From: an uncultured delta proteobacterium
Lineage (GTDB): Bacteria; Myxococcota; UBA727; VGSZ01
Length of the DNA stretch: 64,000 bases
Direction: 5' to 3'
NCBI GenBank assembly: GCA_963775425.1
Contig: CAVZJB010000004.1
Coordinates: forward strand, 352,001-416,000
Part shown: in pieces, positions 38,186 through 46,094 of the stretch
Layout: each line of letters begins with the position of its first letter
Position numbering within the stretch: the stretch's first letter is position 1
The notes under the pieces: model-generated
Databases searched by the model: none
Seen by the model: the letters and a program-made list of their open reading frames with translations, nothing else
What the model was told of the DNA's origin: nothing
Program-made: the position numbers and the translations under genes

Positions 38186-38595
38186 GAGCCCGAGCGCTCA
38201 CCTCGCTCGCCGGCGTCGCCGCCGCGGGACTGCTCGCCGGCGTCTGGCCGAGCTGTCTCCCCGACGGCCCGCCGGAGATCTGCGACAACGGGATCGACGA
38301 CGACGGCGACGGCAACGTCGACTGCGACGACGCCGACTGCGAAGCCGAGTGCGCCGTCACCGCTGGCGAGGGCGAAGGGGAAGGCGAAGGCGAGGGCGAG
38401 GGCGAAGGGGAAGGCGAAGGGGAGGGCGAAGGGGAGGGCGAAGGGGAGGGCGAAGGTGAGGGTGAGGGTGAGGGCGAAGGTGAGGGTGAAGGCGAGGGCG
38501 AAGGTGAGGGTGAGGGTGAAGGCGAGGGCGAAGGTGAGGGCGAAGGCGAAGGCGAGGGAGAGGGCGAGGGTGAAGGTGAAGGCGAGGGCGAATGA
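38182..38595 (+). CDS. Small lipoprotein-like protein: [13 protein letters not shown] motif + terminal (GE)38
   Basis: ATGA-coupled at both ends; hydrophobic signal ending in WPSC; [22 protein letters not shown]. Confidence 0.7.
   Translation: MRARALTSLAGVAAAGLLAGVWPSCLPDGPPEICDNGIDDDGDGNVDCDDADCEAECAVTAGEGEGEGEGEGEGEGEGEGEGEGEGEGEGEGEGEGEGEGEGEGEGEGEGEGEGEGEGEGEGEGEGEGEGEGEGEGE
38365..38592 (+). repeat. Hexanucleotide coding repeat (GGN GAR)x38
   Basis: 228 nt of Gly-Glu codons with mixed synonymous positions. Confidence 0.95.
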
Positions 38596-40814
38596 TGAGG
38601 ATGTCGACGGCAGCGCTCGCGTGCGCGCTCGTCGCTGCGGTGCCCGCGCGAGCGGGGGTGGAGACCTCGTGGGACTGCTTCTTCGCCGCCGAAGGCGTTG
38701 ATTGCTCCCAGCTCGAAGAAGCGTTCTTCCACGCGACCCCGTTGTTGATCCGTGTCGACGCGCCGGACAAGCCGGCGCCCTACGACGGTGGAGCCGTGCA
38801 CCCGTCGAGCGACGAGCGCGCCGGGGCCTCGCCGGCGTCGGGCGAGCCGGGCGCGACGTGGGGCGCCGGGGCGTCGCCGGCGTCGGGCACGCCGGGCGCG
38901 ACGTGGGGCGCCGGGGCGTCGCCGGCGTCGGGCACGCCGGGCGCGACGTGGGGCGCCGGGGCGTCGCCGGCGGCGGGCACGCCGGGCGCGACGTCGGGCG
39001 CAGGGGCGTCGCCGGCGGCGGGCACGCCGGGCGCGACGTGGGGCGCAGGGGCGTCGCCGGCGTCGGGCACGCCGGGCGCGACGTCGGGCGCAGGGACGTC
39101 GCCGGCGTCGGGCACGCCGGGCGCGACCTCGGGCGCAGGGACGTCGCCGGCGGCGGGCACGCCGGGCGCGACCTCGGGCGCAGGGACGTCACCGGCGGCG
39201 GGCACGCCGGGCGCGACCTCGGGCGCAGGGACGTCGCCGGCGGCGGGCACGCCGGGCGCGACCTCGGGCGCAGGGACGTCGCCGACGGCGGGCGCGCCGG
39301 GCGCGACCTCGGGCGCAGGGACGTCGCCGGCGGCGGGCACGCCGGGCGCGACCTCGGGCGCCGGGACCTCGCCGGCGGCGGGCGAGCCGGCCGCCACGTG
39401 GGACGCCGGGACGTCGCCGGCGTCGGGCACGCCTGCGGCCGCGTCGGGCGCAGCGACGTCACCGTCGTCGGGCGCCGCGACGGCGCCGGAGCCGCCGGGT
39501 GCAGGCGCTCCGGCGCACGCCGCACCACCGGCAGCGCCGGACGACTCCTCGCACGCGGCGCCGGACGCTCCCCCTCAGGCATCGACGCACGCGGATGCGT
39601 CGACGAGGCGGGTCGCGGTGGTGCTGCGCAGCACGCCGTTCACCGGGGGCGTCGAGTACAGCATCGACATCACCGGCGCCGACGGGCGCGAGCACGTGGG
39701 CATCGTGGACCGCGTGCCGTCGACCTTCTCCGACGCCACCGTCGGCAATGGCAGCGGCGGCGGCGGCGGGCTCGGCGGCGGCGCCGACACCGGCGGCGGC
39801 GGCGGACAGGGGACGGGCGGCGGCAGCGGCCGCGGCCGCGTCTCGCGCAGCGCCGTCGTCGTCCTCCGCCTCGTCGCCGATCTCCAGCGGGCGATCGTGC
39901 CGTTCCTCTCCGCCGACCACCCCGCCGTCGTCGACGACGACGGCATGACGCTCTCCCTCAAGGACCCCGCCTTCACGCCGGGCCAGGCGCGCGTCGAGGA
40001 CCGCGCCGCCCGCTGGTTCGCGAGCCCTACGTTCTCCGGCGACGTCTCCCAGACCGCCCTCCTGCGCATCCAGGGCCGCGCGCAGCTCGACGCCAACTGG
40101 TCCAATCCGCTCTTTCGCGTCTTCGGCACGTCGTGGGCCGGCTTCACGTTCCTCTCCGCGCCGGGGCCGCGGGAGAAGGACCCGGCCCAGACCTTCGGCT
40201 ACGCCATCGACGGCCTCGACGTCACCGGCGCCAGCGTCCTCGGCGGCGGCTGGAGCGTCGGTGTCGAGGGCCGCGTCACCCAGGCGCCCGACCAGAACTG
40301 GTTGCTGCGGGCCTCCGGCTACACCGGCGTCGAGTGGGTCCTCGTGCCCTTCCTCGCCACCAACGGCGGCAACGTCGGCGTCCGCTACGTCATCGGCACC
40401 GAGCACCAGGAGTACGTCCACGAAAACGTCGAGAAGTCGTTCGAAGGAAACTTTCTCCGCCACCGGCTCGTCGCCTTCGGCGTCTGGCACTTCGAGCGCG
40501 TCGACCTCTCCGCGTCTCTCGCCGGCAGCTCCATCGTCAAGGACTTCACCTACTCGGACGTGTCCGCCGCGGCCAGCGTGGCGTGGCGCGTGGTCAACGA
40601 CCTCTCCGTCTCCCTGTCGACGACGGCGTCGTACCGAAACGCGCTCGTCAACGCCCCCGACAACCTCAACGAGCTCGATCCGCTCGAGCGGTTCGTCGGC
40701 GGGGGAAACTTCGGCGCCGTGAACTACACGGCGTCGCTGTCGTTGGTCTACGTCCTCGGCAACTCGCTGCTCGAGCGCCAGGACCAGAGGTGGAGCAATG
40801 GCACCGAGCAGTGA
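38592..40814 (+). CDS. Putative outer-membrane beta-barrel protein with 15-aa repeat insertion
   Basis: Signal peptide; [10 protein letters not shown]-domain; C-terminal amphipathic strands ending [13 protein letters not shown]...W. Confidence 0.7.
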   Translation: MMRMSTAALACALVAAVPARAGVETSWDCFFAAEGVDCSQLEEAFFHATPLLIRVDAPDKPAPYDGGAVHPSSDERAGASPASGEPGATWGAGASPASGTPGATWGAGASPASGTPGATWGAGASPAAGTPGATSGAGASPAAGTPGATWGAGASPASGTPGATSGAGTSPASGTPGATSGAGTSPAAGTPGATSGAGTSPAAGTPGATSGAGTSPAAGTPGATSGAGTSPTAGAPGATSGAGTSPAAGTPGATSGAGTSPAAGEPAATWDAGTSPASGTPAAASGAATSPSSGAATAPEPPGAGAPAHAAPPAAPDDSSHAAPDAPPQASTHADASTRRVAVVLRSTPFTGGVEYSIDITGADGREHVGIVDRVPSTFSDATVGNGSGGGGGLGGGADTGGGGGQGTGGGSGRGRVSRSAVVVLRLVADLQRAIVPFLSADHPAVVDDDGMTLSLKDPAFTPGQARVEDRAARWFASPTFSGDVSQTALLRIQGRAQLDANWSNPLFRVFGTSWAGFTFLSAPGPREKDPAQTFGYAIDGLDVTGASVLGGGWSVGVEGRVTQAPDQNWLLRASGYTGVEWVLVPFLATNGGNVGVRYVIGTEHQEYVHENVEKSFEGNFLRHRLVAFGVWHFERVDLSASLAGSSIVKDFTYSDVSAAASVAWRVVNDLSVSLSTTASYRNALVNAPDNLNELDPLERFVGGGNFGAVNYTASLSLVYVLGNSLLERQDQRWSNGTEQ
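38820..39450 (+). repeat. 45-bp coding tandem repeat (GAG[AT]SPA[SA]GTPGAT[WS]), about 14 copies
   Basis: Direct tandem copies with no unique spacers. Confidence 0.9.
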
Positions 40815-40815
40815 G

Positions 40816-41397
40816 TCACTGCGGCGTCAGGCGCAACCCGACGTCGGGGCCGTTTGCGCCGCCGCCGCCTCCGCCGCCTCCGCCGCCGCCGCCTCCGCCG
40901 CCTCCGCCGCCGCCGCCACCACCGCCGCCGGTGGCGCGGAACTGCAGCTCGCCGGCGTCGTCGGCGTTGACGGTGGTCGAGCCACAGGCGCCGTCGGGGT
41001 TGGTGACGTTGACCGTCTCGAAGAAGCGGAAGCCCACCGTGCTCGGGCAGCCCGACGTCGAGCACGGCTTGTTCACGGCTTGCACGAGCACCGCTTGACC
41101 CGGTTGGTAGCCGCCGACGACGAAGTAGCCCTTGAGGCTGTTGAAGGCGGCGCCGTCGACGGTGTCGCCGAAGAGCACGACGTCGTCGCCGCCGGCGTCG
41201 ATGGCGAGGGCGGTGGCGGTGCTGTCGTTGCTCAGATCGTGCTGAACGTAGAGCGCCGCCCCGTCGCAGGGCGACGAGATGTCGAGCGTGTCACCCTCCC
41301 CTTCTCCCTCGCCGCCGAGGCGATCGGAGTAGCGCTGGCACGCGCAAGCGGTCACCAGCGTCAGGAGGAGGACGACGCGTGATGAGAATCGGTTCAC
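40816..41397 (-). CDS. Lipoprotein, hypothetical, with GEGEGEG and C-terminal poly-Gly
   Basis: GTG after GGAGGAG; VLLLTLVTACAC lipobox; poly-Gly of about 22 residues. Confidence 0.65.
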   Translation of the reverse strand: MNRFSSRVVLLLTLVTACACQRYSDRLGGEGEGEGDTLDISSPCDGAALYVQHDLSNDSTATALAIDAGGDDVVLFGDTVDGAAFNSLKGYFVVGGYQPGQAVLVQAVNKPCSTSGCPSTVGFRFFETVNVTNPDGACGSTTVNADDAGELQFRATGGGGGGGGGGGGGGGGGGGGGGGGANGPDVGLRLTPQ

Positions 41398-41467
41398 CCT
41401 GCTCCTCCGATAACCTCGAGGATACGGAGTTGGTTTCGACGACGTCAACGCGACGAGGGAGTGAGTC

Positions 41468-41956
41468 ATGACGGCGGGACATCGGATGATCCTCGGACTT
41501 GCGCTGCTCGCGTCGCTGCCCGCCCTCGGTCAAACGACGGCGGCGCCCGCGGAACCGCCGCCCAACCCCGGGCGGCCCGTGCACGTCGTCGAGGAGCGCG
41601 CCCTCGAGGTGAGGGTCGGCGCCGACGTCGTCGCCAGGGTGACGTCGGCGGATCTCGCCAAGGTCACCCCGCTGCCGACGGCGCGAAAGACCGGGGGCAA
41701 GACACACCTGTGGCCGCTCAAGGACGCCCTCGCCGCCGTCGCAGGGCCGAAGGCCCGCCTCGTCGCCGTGACGCTGCCGGGGGGTCAGCGGCTGGCCGTC
41801 GACGAGAAGGCCTGGGCGGACCCGGAGCGGATCCCGGTGGTGTGGCAGAACCGGCGCGGGCTCTTCAAGCTCGGCTGGGTCGATAAGCTCGGACAGCGCA
41901 TCCCAGACAGCCAGGAGCTGAGGGACGTGCGCGCTCTGGAGATCGTGAGGCCCTGA
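41468..41956 (+). CDS. Secreted hypothetical protein, first gene of the ecfT/S-mosAB-like operon
   Basis: GAGGGAG RBS; signal peptide; 3 nt from the next gene. Confidence 0.7.
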   Translation: MTAGHRMILGLALLASLPALGQTTAAPAEPPPNPGRPVHVVEERALEVRVGADVVARVTSADLAKVTPLPTARKTGGKTHLWPLKDALAAVAGPKARLVAVTLPGGQRLAVDEKAWADPERIPVVWQNRRGLFKLGWVDKLGQRIPDSQELRDVRALEIVRP

Positions 41957-41959
41957 AGC

Positions 41960-43369
41960 ATGCCCGCCGTCGACGACGTTCATGCGCCGGTGCGCGGGGG
42001 CCTCGATCCTCGCCTGCGCGTGCTCTTCCTCCTCGCCGTCGCCGTCGGGGTCTTCTTCCTGCACGTCGTGTGGCAGGCCGCGGCGGCGTGCGGCGCGCTC
42101 GCGGTGCTGTGGCTCGTCGTCAAGCTGCCCCCGAGGCGCTTGCTGCGGCAGGTGCTCAAGCTCTGGGGCTTCGCGCTCTTCGTCCTCGTGTCGTACGCGT
42201 TCTTCGCGAACAACCCGGCCACGGATCGATGGGAACAGCTCCCGATCGTCCCTGTGCGCATCAACGTCTCCGCGCTCGTGCTCGGCTGCTTGATGATCCT
42301 GCGCGTCATCGCCGTCATCCTCGCCTCGCAGGTCGCGCGCGCCGGCGACGTCCGCGCCGTCGCCGCCGGCCTCGGCAAGCTCGGCGTGCCGCGCATCGTC
42401 GCCGTCTCCATCGACACGGTGCTCTCGCTCCTCGGCGACGAGCCGCGTGGCCGCATGGGGCGCGGCAGCGGCGGCGGCACGGGGCGCGGCGGGGGCGGGG
42501 GCGGGGGCGGCCGAGGCGACGGCGGCGGCGGGGGACGCGGGCGTGGCGACGGCGAGCGCGCTCACGACGGCGACGGCGGCGGCGGCGGTTTCTGGCAGGC
42601 GGTGCGCCGAATCGCGCGCGGCGACGTCGAGCCCATCGTCCAGCGGCTCTCGCGCCAGATCGATCGCGCGCACGAGCACGCCGAGGCGCAGAGCGACGCC
42701 CTCACGGAGAAGGAGCGCACGCGCGTGGCAGACATCGGGGTCATCGCCGGTGTCTCGCTCACCATGCTCGGCATCAAGGCCCTCAAGATCCTGCCGAGCA
42801 TCCCCTTCGCGCCGGGCCACAAGCTCGTGTTGCTCACGCCGCTGTACATCGTCGCCGGGATGCTGACCCGCGGGCGGGGCGGCGCCACGCTCACGGGGCT
42901 CACCATGGGGACGGTGGCGTTCCTCATGGGTGACGGCAAGTACGGCGTGTTCGAGATCGTGAAGCACGTGGTGCCCGGCATCATCACGGACCTCTGCCTG
43001 CCCCTCGTCGCCGGCGGCGGGCGCAGACCGGGCGGCGTGGTGTGGACGCTGTTCGGTGGCGTCATCGCCGCGGGCCGCTTCGCCACCATCTTCGTCATCA
43101 CGCTGCTCGTTCAGGCCCCGGCTGTGGCGTACGCCATCCTCGTGCCCGGGCTGACGGTGCACATCACGTTCGGCCTCGCGTCGGGCTACGTCACCTTCCA
43201 CATCGTGCGCGCGCTCGATCGCTTGCCGGCGGCAGCGGCGGGGCGCTTCCCCCCGCGCGTGGATGCCCGCGGCGGCGCGCCCCCCGCCGCCGACGCGCCG
43301 GCTGACGACGCCGGCGGCGCCCCCCTCGAAGCCGGCGCAACGCCGGCGGAGCTCAAGGAGACAGGATGA
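41960..43369 (+). CDS. Fused ECF transporter T-component-like + S-component-like membrane protein
   Basis: LDPRLRVLFLL start, LRVIAVILAS...GLGKLGVP (CbiQ/EcfT-like); Gly/Arg linker; ARG motif; C-terminal ~6 TM with PFAPGHK...GGATLTG...PGIITDL (S-like). Confidence 0.7.
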   Translation: MPAVDDVHAPVRGGLDPRLRVLFLLAVAVGVFFLHVVWQAAAACGALAVLWLVVKLPPRRLLRQVLKLWGFALFVLVSYAFFANNPATDRWEQLPIVPVRINVSALVLGCLMILRVIAVILASQVARAGDVRAVAAGLGKLGVPRIVAVSIDTVLSLLGDEPRGRMGRGSGGGTGRGGGGGGGGRGDGGGGGRGRGDGERAHDGDGGGGGFWQAVRRIARGDVEPIVQRLSRQIDRAHEHAEAQSDALTEKERTRVADIGVIAGVSLTMLGIKALKILPSIPFAPGHKLVLLTPLYIVAGMLTRGRGGATLTGLTMGTVAFLMGDGKYGVFEIVKHVVPGIITDLCLPLVAGGGRRPGGVVWTLFGGVIAAGRFATIFVITLLVQAPAVAYAILVPGLTVHITFGLASGYVTFHIVRALDRLPAAAAGRFPPRVDARGGAPPAADAPADDAGGAPLEAGATPAELKETG

Positions 43370-44202
43370 ACAAGTTGGTCAAAGGCGACGGCCGCACGCA
43401 CATCGAGAGCTCTCTCATGCGCGAATCGCTCGTCGACAAGCGCGTCATCGCGCGTACGCAATCGGAGCACGAGCTCGCCATCGTTCCCGACGTCAAGCTC
43501 GTCGGCATCGGCGGGCAGTCGATCTTCGACCGCGGCAAGGAGGGCGTGCTGCCGCTCGTCGAGGAGATCAAGGACGCGCGGGCCAAGAAGAAGCGCATGG
43601 TGCTCGGCGTCGGCGGCGGGACCCGCGTGCGCCACACCGTCTCCATCGCCTACGACCTCGGCATCCCGGTGGGCGGCATCGCGCAGCTCGTCGGCGCCAT
43701 GGAAGAGGCGAACGCGGTGTTCTTGAACGCGCTGCTCGCCAAGAACGGGTCCATCGTGATGCAGCGGGAGCACTTCTGGGAGCTGCCGCTGTACCTCGAG
43801 AGCGGGATGTTGCCGATCATCATCAGCATCCCGCCGTATCACTTCTGGGAGCCGCCGGTCGACGACAGTCCCCTGCCCTCCCACGGCAGCGACTTCGGCC
43901 TGTTCATCTACGCCGAGGTGCTCGGCATGGAGCACGTCATCTTCGTCAAGGACGAGGACGGCATGTACGACAAGGACCCCAAGGCGCACGACGACGCCAA
44001 GCTCATCAAGAGCACCACGCTGGGGGCGCTGCTCGCGGACATGCCCGAGGAGCTCATCCTCGACCGCATGCTCTTCGAGGCGTGGCGCTCCGCGCGGCAC
44101 GTGAAGCGCGTCCAGATCGTCAACGGGCTCAAGCAGGGCGAGCTCACGCGCGCGTTGAACGGCGAGGACGCCGGCACCATCATCACGAAGGAGACGGCAT
44201 GA
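43366..44202 (+). CDS. mosA: Molybdenum storage protein alpha-like subunit (amino-acid-kinase/UMP-kinase fold)
   Basis: HIESSLMRESLVD N-terminus, IGGQSIFDRG..LPLVEE, GGGTRVRH, DLGIPVG, PPYHFWE, VKDEDG, RHVKRVQIVNGL..LTRALNGEDAGTII. Confidence 0.75.
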   Translation: MNKLVKGDGRTHIESSLMRESLVDKRVIARTQSEHELAIVPDVKLVGIGGQSIFDRGKEGVLPLVEEIKDARAKKKRMVLGVGGGTRVRHTVSIAYDLGIPVGGIAQLVGAMEEANAVFLNALLAKNGSIVMQREHFWELPLYLESGMLPIIISIPPYHFWEPPVDDSPLPSHGSDFGLFIYAEVLGMEHVIFVKDEDGMYDKDPKAHDDAKLIKSTTLGALLADMPEELILDRMLFEAWRSARHVKRVQIVNGLKQGELTRALNGEDAGTIITKETA

Positions 44203-45002
44203 GCGAGCGAAGAGTGATCGAGAGCGCGCTGGCGCAGTCGTCGATGACGAACCCGGCCACGGCGGGGTTCAGCTACGACGCCCAGGCGATGATGCCGGAC
44301 GTCAAGGTCATCAAGATCGGCGGGCAGTCGATCATGGACCGCGGGCGCGCAGCGGTGTTCCCCGTGCTCGACGAGCTCGTCGCCGCCAAGGCGCAGCACA
44401 AGCTGCTGCTTGGCTGCGGCGGCGGCACGCGCGCGCGGCACGTGTACGCGGTGGCGTCCGACCTCGAGATGCCCACGGGCGTGCTGGCCGCGCTCGGCGG
44501 CTACGTCCCCATGCAGAACGCGCGCATGGTGCAGATGCTGCTCGCCAAGCACGGCGGCATCTACATCATGCACGACGACTTCGAGAAGCTGCCGCTCTAC
44601 TTCCAGCTCGGCTGCATCCCCATCATGACGGGCATGCCGCCGTTTTCGTATTGGGAGAAGCCCGGCGAGCATGGCCGCATCCCGCAGAACCGCACGGACG
44701 CCGGCGTGTTCCTCTCGGCGGAGGTGCTCGGTGCCAAGCGCGCGCTGTACATCAAAGACGAGGACGGCCTGTTCGAGGACGACCCGAAGAAGAACAAGAC
44801 CGCCAAGCACATCCCGCGCATCACCGCCGCCGAGCTCATCGAGCGCAACCTCGATGACCTCATCGTCGAGCGCGTGGTTATCGAGTACCTGCGGCACGCG
44901 CGCTTCTGTCACGAGCTTCAGATCGTGAACGGCCTGAAGCCCGGCAACATCACGCGCGCCCTCGCCGGCGAGGACGTGGGGACCATCATCACGAAGGAGT
45001 GA
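44199..45002 (+). CDS. mosB: Molybdenum storage protein beta-like subunit
   Basis: VIKIGGQSIMDRGRAAVFPVLDELVAA, GGGTRARH, GMPPFSYW, IPQNRTDAG, KDEDGL, NGLKPGNITRALAGEDVGTIIT; ATGA-coupled paralog of the preceding gene. Confidence 0.82.
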   Translation: MSERRVIESALAQSSMTNPATAGFSYDAQAMMPDVKVIKIGGQSIMDRGRAAVFPVLDELVAAKAQHKLLLGCGGGTRARHVYAVASDLEMPTGVLAALGGYVPMQNARMVQMLLAKHGGIYIMHDDFEKLPLYFQLGCIPIMTGMPPFSYWEKPGEHGRIPQNRTDAGVFLSAEVLGAKRALYIKDEDGLFEDDPKKNKTAKHIPRITAAELIERNLDDLIVERVVIEYLRHARFCHELQIVNGLKPGNITRALAGEDVGTIITKE

Positions 45003-45036
45003 GCTCGCTCCCGCGCCTCGCGACGCGGGTGAGCTC
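45001..45036. terminator. Possible hairpin between convergent genes
   Basis: GAGCTC..CCCGCG / CGCGGG.GAGCTC inverted repeat; no U-tract. Confidence 0.4.
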
Positions 45037-46087
45037 AGCCGCGCTCGTCTTCGTCGCGGGCGCCGCGCATGCCGCGCTCGAGGCGGTCGCGCACCTTCAT
45101 GTGCTGGCGGGCGCGGTAGCGGTCGTGGCGGTTCTCGCCACGCTCGTTCTCCTCGTCGGTCTCACGATCGACGAGCTGCATCTCGGCGAGGCCGAAGATG
45201 ACGCGGCCGAGGCCAGCGCGGTCCGCGGCGGAGGGCAGGAGCGCGTCGGGGAGGCGGATGGGGACGTCGACGATGAAGCTCACTACGCGATAGGTAGGGC
45301 CCGAGAACTCGTTCACGTGCCCCGCCGACTGCTCCTCGTGGCCGAGCTCGAGCTGGAGGTCCTGGGCGTACTCGCGATACCTCTCGTGGCTCTCGATGAG
45401 CGCCGTGAAATTGATGAGCAGGTTCACGCTCTGGCCCGGCGCCACGTAGTTGTACGGGAACAGGCGCGACGTCATCTGCGGCATCAAGGTGAGCACGTCG
45501 AGCGGCCGCTCCACGACGAAACGGAAGCGGACGCGGTCGTGGATGGCGGCGGCGTGGTGCTCCTTTTTCACGAGGAGCTTGGTGATCAGGCTGGTGCGCG
45601 ACTTCTCGCCGCCGACGTAGCTCACCAAGGGGAAGCCCTCCGCGCGCAGGGCGGCGGCGAACACATCCACCTTCTCGACGAGGAGCTCGGCGAGGCGCGA
45701 CTGCGACAGCGGCAAGCGAAACCGCAGCTCACGGGCCTCGATGTGCTGCACGATGTGCATCACCTTCAGGAGCAGACAGGCGAAGAACCGGTCGCGGCGC
45801 CGGCCGCGCTTCTCGGAGGCGTAGAGGAACAGCTCGAGCGGCGGGCACGACAGGAGCTCCGGCGGCGGCTTGTAACCGTGCTCCTCCTGCAGGTAGTGCG
45901 CGGCCAGGTCGCGCAGGTGCACGAGGCGCACGAGATCCTCGGGGTCGTCGGCGTCGCCCCCGAGGAGGTGGATGAACGACTTGACGTCGTCGATGGTCTC
46001 GTGCTGAAGCCGGTACCAGTCGACGACCGAGCCGCCACGAAGGATGAGGCGGACCTGCTCGAGCTCCGCGAGGGTGAGTGCGCGCAC
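45035..46087 (-). CDS. TIGR04552-like conserved myxobacterial protein
   Basis: LEQVRLILRGGSVVDW, KVMH, KSRTSLITKLLVK, IHDRVRFR, NEFSGPTYR, EMQ, NERGENRH..Y. Confidence 0.75.
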   Translation of the reverse strand: MRALTLAELEQVRLILRGGSVVDWYRLQHETIDDVKSFIHLLGGDADDPEDLVRLVHLRDLAAHYLQEEHGYKPPPELLSCPPLELFLYASEKRGRRRDRFFACLLLKVMHIVQHIEARELRFRLPLSQSRLAELLVEKVDVFAAALRAEGFPLVSYVGGEKSRTSLITKLLVKKEHHAAAIHDRVRFRFVVERPLDVLTLMPQMTSRLFPYNYVAPGQSVNLLINFTALIESHERYREYAQDLQLELGHEEQSAGHVNEFSGPTYRVVSFIVDVPIRLPDALLPSAADRAGLGRVIFGLAEMQLVDRETDEENERGENRHDRYRARQHMKVRDRLERGMRGARDEDERG

Positions 46088-46094
46088 TGGCTCG

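Noticed and set aside
38820-39450. Regular 45-bp repeats resembling a CRISPR array
   Set aside because: Contiguous in-frame coding repeats with no unique spacers and no cas genes.
43366-45002. Annotation as uridylate kinase (pyrH) duplicates
   Set aside because: The paired paralogs and the GGQS..DRG and PP[YF]..W motifs fit MoSto subunits; the usual tsf/frr context is absent.
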